Assembly (NCBI RefSeq): GCF_001194135.2
Contig: NC_068983.1
Location: 17,676,765-17,722,744 of the forward strand
From: Octopus bimaculoides
Taxonomy: Eukaryota
Direction: 5' to 3'
DNA length: 45,980 nt
This document shows, in pieces, positions 37,607-45,980 of this stretch. Each line of letters begins with the position of its first letter. The stretch's first letter is position 1. Made by a program: the position numbers and the translations under genes. The notes beneath the pieces are model-generated. The model saw nothing but the letters and a program-made list of their open reading frames with translations. It was not told the origin of the DNA and did no database searches.

Positions 37607-37875
37607 GGACTGTTGCCGTAGTAACGAAGCTAAAGTACACAGAGTAAAGCTGCTTGGCACAGATTAACCTTGAAATTTGCTGTACATGCGCACTAAGTTT
37701 TAACGTTTTAACTCACTTCCGCTGTTTACAGCACTGCTTGGAAGGAAGGTGTATAGCGTGTGATCGTCGCATTGAAGTCAAAACTTAGTGCGCATGCAGA
37801 GCAAAATTCAAGGTCAATCTGTGCCAAGCGGCCCACTCTCTCTGTGCTTTAGTTTCGTTATAATAGTAACAGCCC
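37607..37875. mobile_element. MITE-like element with ~80-95-bp inverted arms
   Basis: GCTTGGCACAGATTAACCTTGAA...CATGCGCACTAAGTTTT (37622-37701) versus AAAACTTAGTGCGCATG...TTCAAGGTCAATCTGTGCCAAGC (37780-37860). Confidence 0.8.
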
Positions 37876-37903
37876 TGACACTTGCTGATCAGACCACATA
37901 TAT

Positions 37904-38068
37904 GCACAGGAGTGGCTGTGTGGTAAGTAGCTTGCTTACCAGCCACATGGTTCCGGGTTCAGTCCCACTGCGTGGTACTCTGGACAAGTGTCTTCTACTA
38001 TTGCCTCAGGCCGATCAAAGCCTTGTGAATGGATTTGGTAGACGGAAACTGAAAGAAGCCTGTCGTGA

Positions 38069-38103
<35 letters not shown>

Positions 38104-38485
38104 NNNNNNNNNNNNNNNNNNNNNNNNNNNNNNNNNNNNNNNNNNNNNNNNNNNNNNNNNNNNNNNNNNNNNNNNNNNNNNNNNNNNNNNNNNNNNNNNN
38201 NNNNNNNNNNNNNNNNNNNNNNNNNNNNNNNNNNNNNNNNNNNNNNNNNNNNNNNNNNNNNNNNNNNNNNNNNNNNNNNTATATATATACATATACGTGT
38301 GTGTATGTGTGTGTGTGTGTACGTTTGTGTGTCTCGGTCCCCGTAACTTACCGGTTAGGCAAAAGAGGCCGATAGAATAAGTACTAGGCTTACAAAGAAT
38401 AAGTCCTGGGGTCGATTTGCTCGACTAAAGGTGGTGCTTTAGCATGGCCGCAGTAAAAATGACTGAAACAAGATTAAAGGAATAA
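37904..38485 (+). mobile_element. SINE family B, full length, N gap inside its internal microsatellite
   Basis: Head GCACAGGAGTGGCTGTGTGGTAAG; 3' half GTCCTGGGGTCGATTTGCTCGACTAAAG...GACTGAAACAAG. Confidence 0.93.
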
Positions 38486-38635
38486 AGGGATATATGTACA
38501 TGCACACACGTATGTATGTATGTGTGTGTGTGCATATATATAGGTAAATATATATATGAGAAAGAGATATATATAGGGAGGAAGAGGAGGAGAGAGAGAA
38601 AGGCTTAGAAACTATTGGAATTTTATGTGACACAT

Positions 38636-38732
38636 TTCTTCTTCTTCTTCTTCTTCTTCTTCTTCTTCTTCTTCTTCTNNNNNNNNNNTCTTCTTCTTCT
38701 TCTTCTTCTTCTTCTTCTTCTTCTTCTTCTTC
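38636..38732. repeat. (TTC)n microsatellite
   Basis: Direct reading, with a 10-N gap inside. Confidence 0.97.
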
Positions 38733-40699
38733 TAAGTTAAATGGTTAAGAAATTCATACGCAATAATGAGGTCACAGACTCAATATCACTGTGTGGAATG
38801 TCCACTAATTATCTTTAACTTAGTCTCGGGTTGACCTAAGCATGGTAAGTGAAATTAGGAATTAGGTAGGTAGATGGACTGTATTGTAATTCAAAGGTCC
38901 ACTCTTGTCAGGATGTGTATCACTCGTTCTGTCATAGAATTACTGTATGAGTACATGAGTCTGTAGATTAATGGATTACGTAGCCACTTCGCACATCCAA
39001 ACCATGACTAGTTCATTCAAGTGGTCCAACATGTAGACAATAAGACGTTCTTGTGTCGAAATCAACGGAAGAATCCGTCACACACACACACAAAACACAC
39101 AAATATGTATCTATGCATTATTTGGCACTATTCAGTCAGCCACATATACATACAGCCGCAAAATTAACATCGTATGCATTGTAGCAGAATATATACCTAA
39201 AAACGGAATATCCATGCATCACGAATCTAAATACTAACTCGCTTATGTACAAACGCATACTATATTCAATACATTATGCAGAGGACACAGCACACACGTA
39301 ACACATACACACTACTCGCTTCTCTTTCCCACTCACACATACATACATTCGTACGTACGTACGTGTATATATATNNNNNNNNNNNNNNNNNNNNNNNNNN
39401 NNNNNNNNNNNNNNNNNNNNNNNNNNNNNNNNNNNNNNNNNNNNNNNNNNNNNNNNNNNNNNNNNNNNNNNNNNNNNNNNNNNNNNNNNNNNNNNNNNNN
39501 NNNNNNNNNNNNNNNNNNNNNNNNNNNNNNNNNNNNNNNNNNNNNNNNNNNNNNNNNNNNNNNNNNNNNNNNNNNNNNNNNNNNNNNNNNNNNNNNNNNN
39601 NNNNNNNNNNNNNNNNNNNNNNNNNNNNNNNNNNNNNNNNNNNNNNNNNNNNNNNNNNNNNNNNNNNNNNNNNNNNNNNNNNNNNNNNNNNNNNNNNNNN
39701 NNNNNNNNNNNNNNNNNNNNNNNNNNNNNNNNNNNNNNNNNNNNNNNNNNNNNNNNNNNNNNNNNNNNNNNNNNNNNNNNNNNNNNNNNNNNNNNNNNNN
39801 NNNNNNNNNNNNNNNNNNNNNNNNNNNNNNNNNNNNNNNNNNNNNNNNNNNNNNNNNNNNNNNNNNNNNNNNNNNNNNNNNNNNNNNNNNNNNNNNNNNN
39901 NNNNNNNNNNNNNNNNNNNNNNNNNNNNNNNNNNNNNNNNNNNNNNNNNNNNNNNNNNNNNNNNNNNNNNNNNNNNNNNNNNNNNNNNNNNNNNNNNNNN
40001 NNNNNNNNNNNNNNNNNNNNNNNNNNNNNNNNNNNNNNNNNNNNNNNNNNNNNNNNNNNNNNNNNNNNNNNNNNNNNNNNNNNNNNNNNNNNNNNNNNNN
40101 NNNNNNNNNNNNNNNNNNNNNNNNNNNNNNNNNNNNNNNNNNNNNNNNNNNNNNNNNNNNNNNNNNNNNNNNNNNNNNNNNNNNNNNNNNNNNNNNNNNN
40201 NNNNNNNNNNNNNNNNNNNNNNNNNNNNNNNNNNNNNNNNNNNNNNNNNNNNNNNNNNNNNNNNNNNNNNNNNNNNNNTGTGTGTGTGTGTGTCGTTTAG
40301 TGCATTTCGAAAGACCTTGAATTACGAAAAAGACAATCTACTGCACGATCTTGATTAAAAAAGAAAGCCAGAAGAAAAGCAAAAAAGGAAAAGAAAAAAA
40401 AAAAACACGACAGATCCAGATTCATTTAACTTTGTGTGACAGACTGTGGGTTTCTACAAAGGAATTTCGAAATAAGAAATTTTCGCTTTTAATTTTCTAA
40501 ATACCGCTTTAATTAGAAATTTCATCATTTGGTTTTGATTGGTGTCTTAACCGGCTTTTAGTCTGTTTCTTTTTTTGTATGGTTCATTCTTATCGTAACC
40601 GTTCAAATTATGTTCATGTTAAATTTATTACATTTCAGTCTACCGCATCGGAAAAAATCCCTAGCAGCATTTCTTCTGGTTTTTTATGTTATTAGTTTT

Positions 40700-40835
40700 G
40701 ATGTCGCTGTGGTCGACTTTGACATTCATCCTTTGGGGTTTGTTGAAATAAATAACTGTTGAGCTTTGGGGGTCGACGTAATCACATTCTTTATCCTCTC
40801 AAAATTTCTGGCCTTGTGTCAGAATTAGAAAGAAT
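40700..40835 (+). mobile_element. SINE family A, 3' part
   Basis: GGTCGACTTTGACATTCATCCTTTGGGG...GGGGTCGACGTAATC. Confidence 0.7.
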
Positions 40836-40851
40836 TGTATTTCAACTTACT

Positions 40852-41078
40852 AAGGTCGCGAACTGATAGAATCGTTAGCGAATAGGACAAAATGCTTAGC
40901 TTCATTTCATCGACTCATTGCATTTTTTTTGTTTGAGTTGAAACCCCGTCGAGTTTGATTCTGCTTTTCATCCATTCAGGGTAGATCAAATATATACCAG
41001 TTGAGCACTACGGTCGATGTGACTGACTATCCACTCCGGTAAATTTCATACCTTGTACCTATAGTAGGATGAATTATA
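40852..41078 (+). mobile_element. SINE family A, near full length, degenerate
   Basis: AAGGTCGCGAACTGATAGAATCGTTAGC...ACCAGTTGAGCACTACGGTCGATGT. Confidence 0.8.
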
Positions 41079-41280
41079 CTTTACTTTATTGTAAGATTAT
41101 TAATATTTTTTGAAGATACAAAGTTGCTTAACTATTGTTGTTTATCACTCCTAGTCTTCCGCTACTTACGCTCGTTATCATGATTAGGGGTGGGTAAGTG
41201 ATTCCTGATGAATTGTTATGTAACAACTGCGTAATACAGCACACACCACTTATTTTCACATAACATTAATAACTGACAAA

Positions 41281-41282
<2 letters not shown>

Positions 41283-41348
<66 letters not shown>

Positions 41349-41375
41349 CGGGTGAGAGAGTGATAGAGAGAGAGA
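41283..41375. repeat. (GA)n microsatellite
   Basis: Direct reading. Confidence 0.95.
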
Positions 41376-42133
41376 AGTAAATAACCGTTGAGTCATAACA
41401 ATATATATGTATTTCTCGTTCTGAAAGTAGGCAGCTTGAAGAGATTTTCGGAGACTGGAAAGGAAGAGCATCGGACCAATAATTTATCTACTGAATTCTG
41501 TCGCCGAAGGCTACGAACGTAAGCAATCAAAGAATACTTGCCCAGGGAAGCAACACTTGTGTCACACCTATTCTGATCAATATATACTTGTTTTTATACT
41601 GAATCTAAAGGTATTCTAGATAGCAGGCTTTTACGTAATTTTGTATATATTTATGTGTCAAATTACTCTTCATGCAACTAGTAGCATGTTACTCTCCTTA
41701 CAAGTCTTCTTGGTAAGGAGGGTGGTTGTGGTTGGACATCTTGGACGAAAAACATAACCTGTTAAAGGGTGGATGTACTTAGTAGCCTCAATGAGCATCC
41801 AACAGTTTGGAGTGAGATATCCCGTCTTTAGAGTAGACAACTCTTTTGGAGAAGGAAATTCTGAAATCACAACTAGTTCTTTGCAAAACCCGAGATCTTG
41901 CTCTTGCTAATGTTTGGGCGAGTTTGTAGGTGAGAGTCTTAGCAGTGTTATGCAAGCTGTTCATGAGTTAACATTTCAGCACGGGCATTGCTGAAAGCTG
42001 TCGTCTTTAACATCCTGGATAAGATAATTTTTTAGTGATGGTAATATATATATAACATATATATATATATATATGCGTATATGCATATATATGGAATGCA
42101 AGTATGTATGTGTATATATATATACATATATAC

Positions 42134-42164
<31 letters not shown>

Positions 42165-42689
42165 NNNNNNNNNNNNNNNNNNNNNNNNNNNNNNNNNNNN
42201 NNNNNNNNNNNNNNNNNNNNNNNNNNNNNNNNNNNNNNNNNNNNNNNNNNNNNNNNNNNNNNNNNNNNNNNNNNNNNNNNNNNNNNNNNNNAGATAGATA
42301 GAATGTCACGATCGAGAAGGTGAATGACAATGGCCTTTTTGTGTGCACAGTTTGGGACAGACCAGATTATTCTGGGTTTCCTGCAACACATCCAACACAT
42401 TTATCAAACACATTTTTGTAATGATTTCGATTGCACAGTTCTTTAGAAATGGAAATTATAAGCGGAAATTCCTCGGAAGTCCTTCGAAGAGACTGTTTAA
42501 TTACTCCCGTACGAATCCAAAAAAAAACAACTCACTTCTGTAAAATACTCATACTATTTATTGTTAAAGCATTTTGCCCGGAGTGCTAACCATTCTGCCA
42601 GCTCGCCGGCTTCCGCATGAAATAAGTGAAGCGCACGAAAACCAGAGAGCCCTAACACAAGATGTTCTGTACATTCAGAAAGATAATCC

Positions 42690-43580
42690 TTTTTCAATGC
42701 CTTAGAAGATAGAGTCGCTATTCCAAAGTAACAACCTCAAAAGGGCTAATAAAATACTGAATGGGCAGTTCAACGACGTTCTCACAATACAAATAAATAA
42801 CTTAAATGTTTCCTTTAATACTACAGCTATACATAGGAATGCTGTAGCATTCGATAACATTGATGCAAAAGAGGAAGACGTATCAATAACCATAAATAAA
42901 ATTATCCTAAAAACAGTTCTTGACAGGTTCCTGGTTCTTCTCCTGGAAGCATGTAAAAGGCTTATAGTAACACCGGTTTAAATGCACTCTCTAAAAACTT
43001 CGTTGCCAGTGGTAAGTTCCTCGTCATGTTAAAAGAAGGTGTGTGATAATTCTTTACTTACGTGAGGAATAATTGTAGATGCCAAAAGCTATATATCTAG
43101 CTCCCTCTCTTTTTACACATCTCATAAATCATAGGAAGAATTATCAAGATGAAGCTGAATGCCGTCTTAAAGAAAAAAAAAATGATTTGTTAACTGACAC
43201 TACCTAGTTTCTTTCCAGTTAAAAGCTGTCACTCCCAGATATTGAAACAGCTGTCCAACCATTCAATATCCAGTTTATAAAGGTGTTCGATAAAGCTGAT
43301 CACAGAATATTGTCACAAACTGCATGGTCTCAGCATGTTTTACTAATTTGGTGAGTGACAGCATAACACTTTAAGAGGTTGAAGTCAAGTAAACGCCGGA
43401 AACGCAGGAAACGGTGTTCTTACAACGGATATAATAATACTGAATGAGATTGCTCAGGGAACTCTCTTGGGGTCCATTACTCTTTGTAGTAGCTCTGTCG
43501 AAAATGCCCTTAATTACATGAACGACCGCTTATACTATCTATGCTAAAGCTATGAAAACATAAAAGAGAACCCAACGTCC
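42690..43580 (+). mobile_element. CR1-clade LINE reverse transcriptase remnant
   Basis: FIKVFDKADHRIL (cf. DFSKAFDKVDH), AQGTLLG, PLLFVVALS and TIYAKAMK (cf. SYADDTK), spread across frameshifts. Confidence 0.7.
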
Positions 43581-45134
43581 TCATAATGTAAAACTGAAAC
43601 GTCAGAAATACAGTAATTTTCTTGACAGCAACATGTAATTTAATGCTGTAAAAATTGAAGTGTTTCGACTTCAGCACTTTGACGCATTGCATGTTGCATA
43701 CATAAGGCCTGCACGCATGCATATGTACATATAGACACTCAGTCACGCACACACNNNNNNNNNNNNNNNNNNNNNNNNNNNNNNNNNNNNNNNNNNNNNN
43801 NNNNNNNNNNNNNNNNNNNNNNNNNNNNNNNNNNNNNNNNNNNNNNNNNNNNNNNNNNNNNNNNNNNNNNNNNNNNNNNNNNNNNNNNNNNNNNNNNNNN
43901 NNNNNNNNNNNNNNNNNNNNNNNTATATATATATATATATATATCATACATGTCACTGTTATTTCGTAAGTAACGTTGAGTTCTTGACTGACTGTGGGTT
44001 CGGGAAATAGAAACTATATTCGTCGCTCACCGTCGTTTTGATCTTTCTGTGTAACCTAGGTAGATGTCAAAAGTCGTAGGTGCTCTGATGGAAACCTCTG
44101 TATGTTAGGTATCGGTTGTGAATTAAATGAATAAGATGTGGCGAAAAGGGGCCTGTGTTTTTCTTTTTCTTTTTATATTGTGGTAGCATCAGGAGTTAGG
44201 TTCCTATACTAGCCTTATAAATATCTCTTCTGTACGCCAACAATTAGCAAATCGGAAGAAAAAAGTTTTCCCCATGTAAACGTTGTTCGTGGATGGGTGG
44301 TTTGTTGACAGTTTAACCAAACTATTAAAAAAGTATGTATTCAAAAAGAGGAGAAAAGAGATCTATCGATAAAGCAAGAACACATGGATGTATGCCACTA
44401 AATTATGTGGAAGGAAGAAAGGAAAAGGAAAAAAGTTAAATGAAAGTTTATAAGTGAGAATGAAGACTTTGTGTTTAAGATTACAAAGAGGAGAGAGAAA
44501 ACTGCGTTTTAGTATGATTTCAGTCGAAATAAATATAACAATTTTATTTATCATTACAAAGTTTATATGTCGAGAACAAGTACTAAATCTTCTGAAAACA
44601 TCCCCAGGGTTTCATTGTCTATTTCGAAAAAGTATTTCAATGAATCTCTCCTAGAAAACCTTGTAAGATATCTTCAAGTGATGCAGTCAAATAATGTCAG
44701 TATATAAACATGCATATGTATAATAATAGTAAATTAAGCATCTTCAAATACAAAGGCAACCAAATATTTTTCCTTCAGACATTAGAAATATAATGAAACT
44801 TATATTAAACTATAGAAAACGAGAATATTGTTGGGAAATTGAAAATAGTGAAACGGTAAGAATTCGTGTTTGATGAGATAAATCACTCTCCAAGCGAACA
44901 AAAGTTAAAAGCACTTCATAGTCATCAGTGATTTACTTCGCAATATACTAGGCAAGTTCGCAATCGTTTAATGAGAAAGTGTCGAACACTTAACTTAACA
45001 TATGTTTGTATTAGTACGCTAACATTTGCATTGTATTGTGCCTTCGTTAAGAGCCTGACTGCAGAAGCATATATGTATCTGTGAGTCTTCCCATATGAAT
45101 TCGTCAAAACACAAATGCACACACATATACTCAT

Positions 45135-45175
<41 letters not shown>

Positions 45176-45467
45176 CAAGTGTATTACATGAGCAACTGCA
45201 TCACTAGAAATAGAAGTCAAAATACTTCCAAGCACGGAAGAATCTCAAAGTTAATACGGGCATGATAGGAAAAAACTTTAGTGAACAAGTTTTTTCCAAT
45301 GCTGGTTAATTTGATATCATGATTTCGAATTTAGAGTCAAACGGTGTCTGAATTTTCTCAGCCAAATTTGCCAGGGACAGCTACTAGAACTTACCCCCAC
45401 CATGCCTGTAAATTCATTTCAGGTGGTCAAACACTATTTAAACAAATGAAATACGTGAAGTTATTTA

Positions 45468-45644
45468 TAGATAAATATGAGAATGATAATATTTTTAAAA
45501 ATACCATCATTGGTGACTGCGAGCATAAGTCGCACACGCAAATTAATAAAATATATACAATATATATAATTTGCCTGTACGGCTTATGCTCGCACCGACC
45601 AGCGAAGGTATTTTTTAAAATATTGTCGTTCTCATATTTATCTA
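45468..45644. repeat. 78-bp imperfect inverted repeat with 21-nt loop (MITE-like hairpin)
   Basis: TAGATAAATATGAGAA...GCGAGCATAAG...GCAAATTA (45468-45545) versus its inverted copy at 45567-45644. Confidence 0.88.
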
Positions 45645-45980
45645 CACACACACATATATATAGATAGATAGATAGATTCGAGACCAGTGACTTTTCGTCT
45701 CTGGAAAAAGGATATATGTATTTGCATTGGGATCCCTTTGCATCGAAGACTGGTGATTGCTGTGCGCCGACGAAGGGTAAATACTCAGAAACCCGGGTCC
45801 GTGCGTATCACATCAGGTCGAAGATGGGAAGGATGGCTTCCCTTTGCAAATACTGATAGGGCACAGAAAGTGTGTCAATAGCCAGCTGGAGGAGATGTTC
45901 TCCTGGGGCTACAAGCTACAGTAGCATCCACCCTTAGTGGTTGGCCACATTTAAGTGGTAAATATACTTCACGTTATATA

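Noticed and set aside
45680-45960. GC-richer segment at the window end as an exon or retroelement 5' UTR
   Set aside because: No diagnostic motif recognised; cannot be assigned.

Overview
AT-rich, microsatellite-dense eukaryotic DNA with 11 N gaps, most of them next to (TA)n or (TG)n tracts. The SINE families and microsatellite load resemble an octopus (coleoid cephalopod) draft assembly; this is inferred from remembered repeat consensus, not from a search. No intact host protein-coding gene could be supported, and most ORF-track entries are translations of microsatellites, N gaps or SINEs. The window is mostly decayed mobile DNA: fragments of R4/Dong, L1/Tx1 (two copies), HERO-like, CR1/L2-group and possibly Penelope-like retroelements, a DD41D rosa-type and a mariner DNA transposon, several tRNA-derived SINE families, and several MITE-like foldbacks. 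The most interesting signal is non-coding. A near-intact minimal type I hammerhead ribozyme (minus strand, 29200-29242) sits at the apex of a ~450-nt foldback and is followed by an inverted copy lacking the ribozyme. A related, core-mutated hammerhead sits at the apex of a ~140-nt hairpin at 1296-1439, and further core remnants occur elsewhere. Together they suggest a retrozyme or Penelope-pLTR-like family of self-cleaving RNA elements. All structures were paired by eye; none was computed.
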